This document shows positions 28,621 to 38,371 of a stretch of 64,000 nucleotides of DNA, piece after piece. Both the position numbers and the translations under genes were made by a program. The DNA comes from an uncultured Nitrososphaerota archaeon (lineage in GTDB: Archaea; Korarchaeota; Korarchaeia; Korarchaeales; Korarchaeaceae): contig CAZUBM010000009.1 of the NCBI GenBank assembly GCA_964618805.1, positions 1 to 64,000 of the forward strand, written 5' to 3'. The first letter of the stretch is position 1, and each line of letters begins with the position of its first letter. The notes below the pieces were generated by a model. The model saw nothing but the letters and a program-made list of their open reading frames with translations. It was not told the origin of the DNA and did not search any database.

Positions 28621-28942
28621 AGAAGTAAGTAAATACGACTACAGGGTCATATATTCGCTTAGAAGAAGCTGGATCCGTAGAAACGTTTTAAAATTCCTAG
28701 TTTCGATACATCCAGAACCATCCTACCCTCAAGAAATTGCAAGAAGAATCGGTGCAAGAAGCACAGATGTCTTAGGTGCTTTAAGAGGATCCAGTAAGAG
28801 GTACAAGCCAACTTTCTCCCTCATAAAGTTAGGACTAGTTGAAGTTCTATCATCAGATGACTGGCCCAGAAAGCTTTACAGGGCCACAGAATTAGGTATA
28901 AAGGTTTGGAGGGAATTTGTAGAAGAATCTCAAACTAGTTAG
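28613..28942 (+). CDS. EarA-family (DUF1495) winged-helix transcriptional activator
   Basis: SLRRSWIRRNVLKFL..SYPQEIARR..DVLGALRG..RY...SLIKLGLVE matches the EarA family pattern as recalled. Confidence 0.8.
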   Translation: MDREVSKYDYRVIYSLRRSWIRRNVLKFLVSIHPEPSYPQEIARRIGARSTDVLGALRGSSKRYKPTFSLIKLGLVEVLSSDDWPRKLYRATELGIKVWREFVEESQTS

Positions 28943-31134
28943 ATCGACTCCTTTTTCTCCTTTATCTGATCATTTAACTCATCTAGTTCCTTTTCCAACT
29001 CTTTTAGGGCTTCATAAAGTTGTCTCCTCATCTCTCTGTTCATTCTCACCCTTAACAAGGCTATTAGGGGGATTGTAAGGAGAATTGGGCCCAAGATGAA
29101 GTAAATGTAACTCATCCCTCTTTCTTCAGGAACAACCTCTACCTCTGGAGGAGGAGTTTCCCCAACATATTCTTCGGTTAGATTCATGTTTAGGGCAATG
29201 TAAGGATTATCAACCTTAGTTATCATCCTTACCTTTGGGATCTCAACTGAACCGCAGATTTGATCTATTTTACACGTCACTTCAGGAGTGGATTTAGAAT
29301 CAACGATTATCCTGAACTTATTTTTCATTAGATCAATTAAGGGATTTGAACCGTTGTTAAGAGCCTCTCCGGGCTTATAGAGCAAAACTCCAAGCTCATC
29401 GTCATACTTGACCCCTAAGGATGTCTCATTAACATCAACCCATTTCCCATTCTCATAGACTTGTACTTTCACAGCTCCTTCTGGAGGAGTCCTCATAATG
29501 CCGTCATACTCTCCAAACATCTGTAGGGCTATTTCTGAAGCATTTATAGAGGTCCCCTCCAAGATCAAGAAAGATATTGCCCATACTCCATCAGAAATTT
29601 CGGACAATTCAGCGCTTACTCTTGCTTCTGTACAGCTAGAGTTCCTTAGTTCAACGTCGCCGAGAAACGGCTCTCTAAGTCTTGTGATCTGAACCTTTCT
29701 GGAGAGATCTTCCATCTCAGACCTCATTTCTGAGATCTTGGAGTCTATGTCCTTGATAGACGCATCTATAACTTGCAAAGACGCATCTGTGATGGCTTCA
29801 ACATATGTAAGGGATTCTTGTAATTCGCCTAATGCTAAGGACGCGTTATATGCATAGTCTGCAGCTTCTGAAAGAGATGTCTGCATAGTCTCAAATGCCT
29901 TATCTGCTGCCGAAAGACTTGACCTCGTCGACCTAATCCTGGACATTATCTTTGATAGTTCTCCTTTAAATGAGAAGTTGAGGGTTGGAATGGGGATTGT
30001 TAAGTTTGGGATGGAAATGTTTGTTACTTGTCCGAATTTGCTTTGAATTTCCTCAATAATTTCCATCATCCTCATTAGATTGGATTCTAAGGAAGATAGA
30101 ACAGAATTGACTCTTTTTAATGGAGATCTTGCGCTTTGAACCGAGATAGAAGCGTCTCTAAGTGATTCGGATAGTTCAATGAGTTCCAGCTGAGCTTCAT
30201 CAAGGTTCTGGCTTGCTTCAGCGATCCCATCAGAGAACTCTGACATTAATTTTTTCATATTTGTCATCGATTCTTTCATGGTCTCAAGCTCATCTATTGA
30301 GGTATTATATGATTTTAAGGCCTCCTCTAGTTGATCTGCTATTGAAGAGGCATCCAGTTGAAGCTGTATTCGAACTGCTTTTAGCTCCACTTCTCCCACG
30401 TATTCTGTACTCCTAGCCTTAGCAGATAAGGAGATGTTCAAGAATTCGTCCTCAAGCATCCCAATCCAAGTGATAGACCATTCATCTGACAGAGAATATA
30501 TCATGTAGGGCTCTGGATTACATTCTGGCTCCAAGAAATTGTTCTTAGGGATCCTCATCTCTATGGAGTAGGGAAGAGGAGGCCTTAGCACTTCTCCTTC
30601 TACGTATTTTGGGTCCCTCAGGTTCCTTACTGTGAGGTTAATTGCGAACACGTCTCCTGAATTTACTACTATGTAGTAATCCCCCTCAAGCTCTATTGGT
30701 TGGACCTTCTCCCCGTTAACATAGTAACTAATGTTGGCCAAGATGGGAGGAAGTTTAAAGGTTGAAACAGAATACCTAAGCTCCAAATCCGAGGAAGGGG
30801 GTATGACGAGGTCCTTCCAAACACAAACAAGGTGATCAAAGAAAACCTCCAAAGAAGAAGGCTCTGGGGAACCAGATAGGATGCTAAAGCTCTCAATTTG
30901 ACCCTCTGAAATCCTGTCAACTATAGTTATTGCTTTCTCCTCTTCACTAGGGTTTTCAACCCTTATGGTAACCTCAGCCTCTCCATTTGATATCGTTCCA
31001 TCGGGCAAAAGCTTGTAGTAAACGTTTTCCAGCTTTGATAATTTGATTTCCGTAGGGTCTGCTTTTACAAGCGATGTTTGGAGACAGAACAGTAGTGCGG
31101 CCATTGTAACAGCCATGATGTTTTTCTTATTCAT
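28939..31134 (-). CDS. Secreted coiled-coil protein with a C-terminal TM anchor (ABC exporter partner)
   Basis: Signal peptide, long central heptad region, TM YIYFILGPILLTIPLIALL and a cytoplasmic coiled-coil tail. Coupled to the ATPase gene. Confidence 0.8.
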   Translation of the reverse strand: MNKKNIMAVTMAALLFCLQTSLVKADPTEIKLSKLENVYYKLLPDGTISNGEAEVTIRVENPSEEEKAITIVDRISEGQIESFSILSGSPEPSSLEVFFDHLVCVWKDLVIPPSSDLELRYSVSTFKLPPILANISYYVNGEKVQPIELEGDYYIVVNSGDVFAINLTVRNLRDPKYVEGEVLRPPLPYSIEMRIPKNNFLEPECNPEPYMIYSLSDEWSITWIGMLEDEFLNISLSAKARSTEYVGEVELKAVRIQLQLDASSIADQLEEALKSYNTSIDELETMKESMTNMKKLMSEFSDGIAEASQNLDEAQLELIELSESLRDASISVQSARSPLKRVNSVLSSLESNLMRMMEIIEEIQSKFGQVTNISIPNLTIPIPTLNFSFKGELSKIMSRIRSTRSSLSAADKAFETMQTSLSEAADYAYNASLALGELQESLTYVEAITDASLQVIDASIKDIDSKISEMRSEMEDLSRKVQITRLREPFLGDVELRNSSCTEARVSAELSEISDGVWAISFLILEGTSINASEIALQMFGEYDGIMRTPPEGAVKVQVYENGKWVDVNETSLGVKYDDELGVLLYKPGEALNNGSNPLIDLMKNKFRIIVDSKSTPEVTCKIDQICGSVEIPKVRMITKVDNPYIALNMNLTEEYVGETPPPEVEVVPEERGMSYIYFILGPILLTIPLIALLRVRMNREMRRQLYEALKELEKELDELNDQIKEKKESI

Positions 31135-32018
31135 ATCTCATCCAGCCTCCTTCTAATCCTTCTAACTCCCATTTTTACCCTCAAAACTGCATTTCTAAGC
31201 TCTTTTACCCTCATCTTCTTTGTCTTCATTTCTTGCAATTGAGAAGCGAGTTCCTCTATCTCCTTTTCAAGCTCAGAAAGCAATCTAACCCTATCTTCCA
31301 CGCTTTTAATCTCCCCGAAGGTTGGGATTTTGCTTGGATCCTCGTAAAGCCTGCCATCAACCATATAAAGAGTTTTTCTAGTCCTTTTTGCCACATTTGC
31401 GTCGTGAGTGACTATTATGAAGGTCTTCCCAGTCTCTCTGTTAAGCTCTTCCATTAGAGAGATTACCTCGGATCCAGTTTTCGAATCAAGGTTACCAGTA
31501 GGCTCATCAGCCAGAACCAGCGCTGGATCGTTTGCTAAAGCCCTTGCAATCGCAACTCTCTGCTGTTGACCTCCTGATAGTTCAGAAGGTCTATGATCTG
31601 CTCTATCAAGAAGTCCTACAAGATCTAAAAGTTCTAGAGCCCTATCCCTGATTTCCCACTCAGAAAGCTTTCCAGCAAAGATCATAGGTAATTCAACGTT
31701 CTCTAGAGCTGTTAGAGTTGGGATTAAGTTGAAAAATTGGAAGACGAACCCAATTTTATGGCATCTTATGTCAGAAAGCTCTGCTTCACTCATATCTGTC
31801 ACATCTACACCATCTATAAGGACTCTTCCGCTTGTAGGCTTGGCCAAACATCCTATTACGCTCAAGAGCGTGGTTTTCCCTGATCCAGATGGTCCTATCA
31901 CGGATGTAAATTCTCCAGGCATTACTTTGAGAGAAACGTGATCTAAAGCTCTAACTTCTGTTGAGCCAAGGGTATAGATCTTGCTAACGCTTCTTAGTTC
32001 TACTACCGGATTACTCAT
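31131..32018 (-). CDS. ABC transporter ATP-binding protein (MacB/LolD-type)
   Basis: GPSGSGKT, LSGGQQQRV, ADEPTGNLD and VTHD, plus a C-terminal coiled-coil extension. Confidence 0.95.
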   Translation of the reverse strand: MSNPVVELRSVSKIYTLGSTEVRALDHVSLKVMPGEFTSVIGPSGSGKTTLLSVIGCLAKPTSGRVLIDGVDVTDMSEAELSDIRCHKIGFVFQFFNLIPTLTALENVELPMIFAGKLSEWEIRDRALELLDLVGLLDRADHRPSELSGGQQQRVAIARALANDPALVLADEPTGNLDSKTGSEVISLMEELNRETGKTFIIVTHDANVAKRTRKTLYMVDGRLYEDPSKIPTFGEIKSVEDRVRLLSELEKEIEELASQLQEMKTKKMRVKELRNAVLRVKMGVRRIRRRLDEI

Positions 32019-33162
32019 ATCTTATCGCCTCTATAGGCCTGACGTTTGCTCCCTTCCAAGATGGATAGAAACCAGCTATCATTCCAAGGAGGACGGATAG
32101 AGCTATTGGGCCAAATATAAGGGCTGGGAAAACCTTGTAAGGCGTTGGAAATCCTATCATTTTTGGGATAATCTCACTAGCGATTTTCGCTAGGATGACC
32201 CCTCCTATGGCACCAAGAATTCCACCAACAAAGCTAGTTATCATGGCCTCTGTGAGGAATATGGTTAAGACATGGGATCTTTTTGCTCCGATAGCCTTCA
32301 TTATGCCTATTTCCCTTATCCTTTCTAGAACAGATACCATAGTTGTGTTCATTATGCCTAGGCCGCCTATTAAGAGAGAAATGGATCCTATCGCAAGTAA
32401 AACGCTGTTAAGCATGTCAAGAACCTTTCCAACGTTCTCAGATATTTGTTCAGGTTCAACTACGTCTAGATCGCCGTATCTTTTCTCCACTTTCTCCTTA
32501 AATGATTCTCCAAGCCTTGGATCCCTTAGCTTAACCATGATCATCGAGATCTTTCCTCTCTTGTGCACAATCTCCTGCAATTCTTTGAGATCCATGTAAC
32601 ATCCTATGTCTACTATGCTTCCTGTGGGTTCAAGGATTCCGGTGACCACGAACACTTTCCCCGGTTCATCAGATGATGCGCTTATCCTCACGCTTTCTCC
32701 AACCTTTAGCTTCAACTGATCGGCAAGGTTGCTTCCAACGACTATTTTTCCCTTGTCTCCTTCTTTAAATGCCTTTCCCTCCTTTAGGGGGATATATATG
32801 ATCTCATACGTGTCAGATGTAATTCCAAGTGCCCATGCAAACTCCCCGTTTATGAAAACCATCTGGGAGAGGACAGGTCCTGCTGCATCTACTTCAGCGT
32901 AAAGCTTAATCTGCTTCACTAGCCTCTCCGGAAGCTCTGCTTGCATTTCTCCTGCTGCTTTTGAAGTTATCATGAAGTCAGTGGTCTCACTGAGGAAACT
33001 AACTGCTTGTTCTTTTGCCCCATAGGCAACCGAAACTAAGGCAACAATAGTAGCTATTCCTACTGCAACTCCCAGGAGCGTTAAAGCTGTTCTGAACCTT
33101 CTCCTTCCAAAGTTCCTAAATGCCAGTTTAAATGCTGTCTTCAGTATTCTTAACGGAATCAT
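32011..33162 (-). CDS. ABC transporter permease (MacB/FtsX family)
   Basis: RTALTLLGVAVG, VLERIREIGIMKAIGA and PIEAIRYE. Confidence 0.95.
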   Translation of the reverse strand: MIPLRILKTAFKLAFRNFGRRRFRTALTLLGVAVGIATIVALVSVAYGAKEQAVSFLSETTDFMITSKAAGEMQAELPERLVKQIKLYAEVDAAGPVLSQMVFINGEFAWALGITSDTYEIIYIPLKEGKAFKEGDKGKIVVGSNLADQLKLKVGESVRISASSDEPGKVFVVTGILEPTGSIVDIGCYMDLKELQEIVHKRGKISMIMVKLRDPRLGESFKEKVEKRYGDLDVVEPEQISENVGKVLDMLNSVLLAIGSISLLIGGLGIMNTTMVSVLERIREIGIMKAIGAKRSHVLTIFLTEAMITSFVGGILGAIGGVILAKIASEIIPKMIGFPTPYKVFPALIFGPIALSVLLGMIAGFYPSWKGANVRPIEAIRYE

Positions 33163-33417
33163 CTACAATAAAATGTGTTATAACATAAAAATAAACAATA
33201 ATACCTTGTAGGATGGCAGATTAGACTAGCGTACTCCTTAAGTCCCATTCCTAAAGAAAGAAGCCCTTGATTTAGTGTAGATGTAATCCTTTGCTTGACT
33301 TTTCCCAAAGAACATTAGGGAAATCGAATAGGGGAGATGCCAGTTTTTATAAGATATTAGGCTTTCTGGTGCCAAAATCTCTCAATAAGAAGATTATTAT
33401 GGCTTATGAACTGTATG

Positions 33418-33924
33418 CTATCGCTTTGAGGTCCCCTTTAGGTTGGATATCGCCTCCTCTCTACCCATTGAGTACCCACAATAATCGCACGTAATTAGCA
33501 GAGGAACCCTTCTTTTTACCGTGAAAGAAGTTTTGATGGGCTCCCCCGCTGAATTCGTGATGCAATTGGGATTTGGACACTTCAATATGCTTACTAGTTT
33601 ATCTTCCATCTCCACACGCCTCTTTTCAACAACCTTCCACCCCTTAATCAGGTTTATGGTGGCAGAAGGGGCGACTATAGCTATCCTATCGACCTGTTCC
33701 TGGCTAAGCTCAACCCATTCTATCTTTACAATGTCTTTCTTCCCTAACTTCTTGCTAGGCACATTCATAACCACAGCTATGGTATAACCCTCTCTTCCTG
33801 TTATCCCAAGGATTTTAAGGACATCTAAGGCTCTACCAGCAGGAATATGATCTATGACCGTCCCAGCCTCTATTTTCCTTACCATAAGATGTTCATTTTT
33901 GTGGATCCCCTCCATTAGCATCAC
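33418..33924 (-). CDS. pyrI: Aspartate carbamoyltransferase regulatory subunit
   Basis: LMVRKIEAGTVIDHI, KKDIVKIE and CPNPNCIT...CDYC. Confidence 0.96.
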   Translation of the reverse strand: MMLMEGIHKNEHLMVRKIEAGTVIDHIPAGRALDVLKILGITGREGYTIAVVMNVPSKKLGKKDIVKIEWVELSQEQVDRIAIVAPSATINLIKGWKVVEKRRVEMEDKLVSILKCPNPNCITNSAGEPIKTSFTVKRRVPLLITCDYCGYSMGREEAISNLKGTSKR

Positions 33925-35648
33925 CGGCGTACGTCATTGTTATCGAGATTACTTCCCATGCTTGTTGAAAAAGATCGCAGGTGGAAGTCTTCATCTCCAA
34001 TTTCAATAATCGATAACTTCTCTTCAGCAAGCCTTGAGGTTGTTCTATTCGTGCAAGACTTTAAAAACTCCAAAAAGAGAGGATGAGGCCTATCTAATCT
34101 GGATTTAAACTCTGGATGGGCTTGAGTCCCGATGAAGAATGGATGATTCGAGATCTCAATGAACTCCGCGAGTCTACCATCTGGAGAGGTTCCTGAAACC
34201 GTTAATCCATGTTCTATAAGTATTGGAATGTACTCCGGGTTTATCTCGTACCTATGTCTATGCCTTTCATAGACTAGTTCCTTACCGTAAATCCTTCTAA
34301 CGAGGGATCTCTCCTTAAGAACAGCTGGAAATGATCCCAATCTCATCGTCCCTCCCATCTCCTCTATTTCCTTCTGTTCTGGAAGTATATCTACTACGGG
34401 ATGAGGGGTCCCCGGATCTATCTCTGTGGAGTTAGCTCCATGCAAACCGCACACGTTTCTTGCAAATTCAACAACAGCTAACTGCATTCCGAAACAAAGG
34501 CCCAAGTAAGGAATCTTGTGCAATCTGGCAAACTCTATTGCCTTTATCTTCCCTTCTACTCCCCTTTTTCCAAACCCTCCAGGCACTATTATGCCAGAAA
34601 CCTCTGATAAAAGATCTATTGGGCTTATTTTCTCGAGATCTGTTGACTCTACCCATTTTATATTAGCTTTCAGGCCTAAGTGCATCTCTGCATGCCTTAT
34701 CGCTTCTATTAAAGAGGCATATGAGTCCCTCAGCCCAGTATATTTACCAACTATTGCTATCTTAACCTCTTGGCTCGATTTTTCGGATCTAGAAAGGACT
34801 TCTTCCCAGTCTCGAAGCACCTCTCTCCTCTTTGGTCTAAGACCAAGTTTTCTTACTATTATCTCATGAACATCCTGCTTTTTGAAAAGAAAAGGTACCT
34901 TGTATATTGAATCAACGTCGTGATCAGAGATTACAGCTTCCTCAGGGACATCACAAAAAAGCGAGATCTTCCTTCTTACTTTGGAGTTAAGGGGTTGTCT
35001 ACACCTTCCAACTATCATATCAGGCTGGATTCCAATGGAGCGTAACATTGAAACGGAGTGTTGAGTTGGCTTAGATTTTTGCTCACCAACAGGATCTATC
35101 ACGGGTATCAGGGTAACATGAACGAAGAAGAAGTTCTCCCTTCCCTCCTCAAGAACTAATTCTCTTATCGCTTCGATGAAGTAAGCGTTCTCAATATCCC
35201 CTACTGTGCCACCTACTTCTATTAGGACTATGTCCGCCTTTTGCTCTTTTGCAACTTTCTTTATCCAAGTTTTCGCCTCTTCTGTTACGTGAGGGATAAA
35301 TTGGACGGTTTGCCCCAAGTATTCCCCCTTTCTTTCCTTTTGGATCACCTTAAAGAAGAGTTTCCCTGATGTTATGTTGTTTTCGCCTCGCAGATCGATG
35401 TCTAGGAACCTCTCATAAGTCCCTAGATCCATATCGCACTCAGCACCATCCTCAAGAACAAAGACCTCTCCGTGTTCGTAAGGATTCATGGTCCCAGCGT
35501 CCATGTTTAGATAACCATCAAACTTGATCGGTATTACCCTGAAGCCCATGTCCTTCAACAGTTTTCCTATACTTGCAGCTGCTATTCCTTTCCCCAGTCC
35601 CGACATTACTCCGCCGGTAACAACAAGATACTTGGGCACGTCTTCCAA
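33921..35648 (-). CDS. pyrG: CTP synthase
   Basis: VTGGVMSGLGKG, SKPTQHSV, GLCFGMQ, RHRHRYE and QAHPEF, with a ~40-aa atypical C-terminal extension. Confidence 0.97.
   Translation of the reverse strand: MEDVPKYLVVTGGVMSGLGKGIAAASIGKLLKDMGFRVIPIKFDGYLNMDAGTMNPYEHGEVFVLEDGAECDMDLGTYERFLDIDLRGENNITSGKLFFKVIQKERKGEYLGQTVQFIPHVTEEAKTWIKKVAKEQKADIVLIEVGGTVGDIENAYFIEAIRELVLEEGRENFFFVHVTLIPVIDPVGEQKSKPTQHSVSMLRSIGIQPDMIVGRCRQPLNSKVRRKISLFCDVPEEAVISDHDVDSIYKVPFLFKKQDVHEIIVRKLGLRPKRREVLRDWEEVLSRSEKSSQEVKIAIVGKYTGLRDSYASLIEAIRHAEMHLGLKANIKWVESTDLEKISPIDLLSEVSGIIVPGGFGKRGVEGKIKAIEFARLHKIPYLGLCFGMQLAVVEFARNVCGLHGANSTEIDPGTPHPVVDILPEQKEIEEMGGTMRLGSFPAVLKERSLVRRIYGKELVYERHRHRYEINPEYIPILIEHGLTVSGTSPDGRLAEFIEISNHPFFIGTQAHPEFKSRLDRPHPLFLEFLKSCTNRTTSRLAEEKLSIIEIGDEDFHLRSFSTSMGSNLDNNDVRR
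33925..34010 (-). pseudogene. pyrB: Probable eroded 3' remnant of aspartate carbamoyltransferase catalytic subunit
   Basis: An alternative frame reads KTSTCDLFQQAWEVISITM, with the same spacing as the PyrB C-terminal KTxxxxxFQQAxxGxxxRM. It lies immediately upstream of pyrI. Confidence 0.45.
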
Positions 35649-35744
35649 TCCATCTTGGACGATAAAAATGGTTCGACGCTGTTTTCTACTCCATCGTACA
35701 AAATAAGCGTTTTATTTAGACCACCTTATCCCACTCGGTATGCT

Positions 35745-36156
35745 ATGAGAGCAAGGTCAAAGCTAGTTGAAGGATATAGGTCAGTTGTAGATGATGGCGG
35801 GGTCATAGTGCAATTACAGATCTCCCAAAGGATTTAGGAGGGATGGATACAGCCCCTACTGCCCTAGAACTAGCAGTAATGGGGCTGGCTGGATGTATAA
35901 CCACTATTTTTGCCATGATAGCTAGTGGAAAGAAGCTTTCTTTCGAAGATATCGAAGTCATAGTCGATGCAGAGAAATCTGAGAAGGATCAAACGATAAC
36001 GTCGGGAAAGATAAAGGGAATAGTTGTTTCCAGCGAACCTGAGAACAGAGTTAGAAAGATCTGGAGGACACTTTAAGGATATGCCCGGTTGGAGTTCTAT
36101 TTCAAAGAGCTGCGGTTCATTTCGAGCACGAACTAGAAATAATAAGAAAGAGATAA
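35745..36156 (+). pseudogene. Frameshifted OsmC-family gene
   Basis: MRARSKLVEGYRSVVDDG /fs/ GHSAITDLPKDLGGMDTAPTALEL..LAGC /fs/ ICPVGVLF. Confidence 0.8.
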
Positions 36157-36316
36157 ATAGATAGCTCTATGAATCTATCGAAATAATCTGAAAATTCTTA
36201 ATGATCAAACACTAAAAAAGAACAGTTCTAGCTAGATTTATCATTCTTTATGGTCTCTGTTGCGGCTTTTGGTCTTCTGCATGCAGAAGACTTTCATCCT
36301 TTATTTTTGAATACCG

Positions 36317-36347
36317 TTTTATATACTACCATTTTGGTAATACCAAA
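36317..36347 (+). promoter_or_regulatory. TATA box followed by overlapping inverted repeats (vapBC operator candidate)
   Basis: TTTTATATA at 36317-36325, TACCA-TTT-TGGTA at 36327-36339 and TTTGGTA-A-TACCAAA at 36333-36347. Confidence 0.55.
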
Positions 36348-36357
36348 GGTGTATGAC

Positions 36358-36588
36358 TTGAGTAGGTATGTCACGGTTTCGGCGAAGATACCTGAAGATC
36401 TCAAAAGACGAGCGAAGGAGTTAAACATCAACATCAGTCAATTAATTAGGAAAGCGATTGAACGGGAAGTTAGGCTAAGGGAAGAGAAAAGATTAAGAAT
36501 GATGGCCAAGGAAGCGAGCGATGTCCTGAGAAAGATTCCAAGCATCGAAATTGTAAGAGCCATACGTGAGACGAGGGAACAGCGGTGA
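36358..36588 (+). CDS. vapB: RHH antitoxin (VapB/CcdA-like)
   Basis: VTVSAKIPEDLKRRAKELNINISQLIRKAIE. Likely TTG start at 36358. Confidence 0.85.
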   Translation: MSRYVTVSAKIPEDLKRRAKELNINISQLIRKAIEREVRLREEKRLRMMAKEASDVLRKIPSIEIVRAIRETREQR

Positions 36589-37004
36589 GCTACGTTTTTG
36601 ATGCGTGCAGTCTACTCAATCTGACAAGAGCTCTTGCAGATGAAGTTGTTGATGTTCTCAAGGGAAACCTTACGGTTTCATTAGCATATTACGAGATCGC
36701 CAATGCGCTCTGGAAAGAGTGCATTCTAAAGAGAATCAGCGTTGAAGAGGCTGTAAAAACCCTGAGATTCATCTATTCAATGCTTGAGTTAATGAATGTC
36801 GTCCAGATAAAAAAAGTGGACATTGGAACCACCACTTTATCGATGGCATATAAGCTGAATATCACGTATTATGACGCAACTTATCTTAACACGGCTAAAG
36901 AACTAGACAAGATTTTAGTCACAGATGATGAGGAATTGAGGAGAAAGGCCGAAAGAGTCGGCATCAAAACGCTTTCAAGTGAAAAATTGACTCAACAGGT
37001 ATGA
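36585..37004 (+). CDS. vapC: PIN-domain toxin
   Basis: VFDAC, YEIANALWK, TYYDATY and LVTDD. GTGA overlap with the antitoxin. Confidence 0.92.
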   Translation: MSYVFDACSLLNLTRALADEVVDVLKGNLTVSLAYYEIANALWKECILKRISVEEAVKTLRFIYSMLELMNVVQIKKVDIGTTTLSMAYKLNITYYDATYLNTAKELDKILVTDDEELRRKAERVGIKTLSSEKLTQQV

Positions 37005-37119
37005 TTCCTGATTTTTTAGCTTGGCCCAAAAGTTCAAGGACGAGAGGAGGGGATTGAATAAAGCAAATCTAGCTTAGCGAACATAGAACCTCAAGCTCTT
37101 ACCTGAATGTCTGAAAGAA

Positions 37120-37584
37120 TTAGGTTGGGCGATAAGAGAGGGTACGTGATCTCTCGTAATCTAATATCTTCTTTACTCTTCTCAAGTGCCTTCCTCCTTC
37201 AAATTCGGTTTGGAGCCAAATATCTACGATCTTCTTTGCATCTTTCTCCTTTAGAATCCTTCCTCCAATGCACAAGATGTTTGAATTGTTGTGTTTCCTA
37301 CTTAACTCCGCAGATCTCTCATCCCAACAAAGAGCTGCCCTTATTCCATCGACCTTGTTTGCTGCTATGCACATCCCTATCCCAGTTCCACAAATCAAAA
37401 TGCCTCTGTCAAAGTTGCCTGTAGAAACCTCTTCTGCAACTTTGAAAGCGATATCTGGATAATCAACGCTTTCCTCGCTGTAAGTGCCGAAATCCTTCAC
37501 TTTATTTCCTTTCTCTATTAGTTGCCTCTTCAACATTTCCTTAAGCTTGAAACCTGCATGGTCACTTCCTATTGCAATCCTCAC
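37120..37584 (-). CDS. rpiB: Ribose-5-phosphate isomerase B
   Basis: GSDHAG, DYPD, CGTGIG, HNNSN and FEGGRHLRR. Confidence 0.95.
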   Translation of the reverse strand: MRIAIGSDHAGFKLKEMLKRQLIEKGNKVKDFGTYSEESVDYPDIAFKVAEEVSTGNFDRGILICGTGIGMCIAANKVDGIRAALCWDERSAELSRKHNNSNILCIGGRILKEKDAKKIVDIWLQTEFEGGRHLRRVKKILDYERSRTLSYRPT

Positions 37585-37606
37585 CTATCTCACCAAACCA
37601 TGTCGA

Positions 37607-38248
37607 CTAATCAAAAAGCTCGGCTAAAGCTTTTTTCATCTGCATCGCCGCTTCTCTTGGATCTGAGCTTTTTGTTATGTATCCTCCAACTATCACAACA
37701 TCTACCCTGCAATCCTTGAGAAGCGAGATATGCTCCGGTCTTATCCCTCCAGCAACAGCTAGCTTAACTGAAACCTCCCCTGATACCTCCTTTAGATCTT
37801 GAAATGGGAGCTTTCCAGTCCTCTGCTCATCTATTCCTGCGTGAACGATCAAGTAATCTACTCCAATCTTCTCTAGCTCTCTAGCCCTCTCAAGTTTATT
37901 CTTAACACCAATTAGATCTGCCATTACCTCAATCCCATAGTCTTCTTTCGCTTCCATCGCCCCAAGAATGGTAGGATCTGGAGCAACTCCTAAGATGGAA
38001 ACTATATCTGCTCCGGCTTTTGCTGCGATCTCTGCCTCTAAATAGCCAGTATCCATCGTTTTCATGTCTGCTACAATTATCTTTTCGGGGAAAAGCTCCT
38101 TTAGGGCTTTAACACACCTTATTCCCTCCGATTTTATCAAAGGAGTACCTGCTTCTAAGAAATCTATATTATCACAAGCCTTCTTAGCTATTCTAAGGGC
38201 GTCATCTAAGTTAATCAAATCTAGGGCAAGCTGTAGCTTTACAGGCAT
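37607..38248 (-). CDS. hxlA: 3-hexulose-6-phosphate synthase
   Basis: LQLALD, EAGTPLIKSEG, ADMKTMDTG, HAGIDEQ and AVAGG. Confidence 0.9.
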   Translation of the reverse strand: MPVKLQLALDLINLDDALRIAKKACDNIDFLEAGTPLIKSEGIRCVKALKELFPEKIIVADMKTMDTGYLEAEIAAKAGADIVSILGVAPDPTILGAMEAKEDYGIEVMADLIGVKNKLERARELEKIGVDYLIVHAGIDEQRTGKLPFQDLKEVSGEVSVKLAVAGGIRPEHISLLKDCRVDVVIVGGYITKSSDPREAAMQMKKALAELFD

Positions 38249-38371
38249 AATCGCTCGCTAAGGATGTTAATCTAGTTCTTAATTTACTTAGTGAAATTCT
38301 CAAATCACCCCTCTTAAACGAAATTCTCAGAGAAGACGATTAAGCAATTATATTTTCAGCTATCAAAAATT

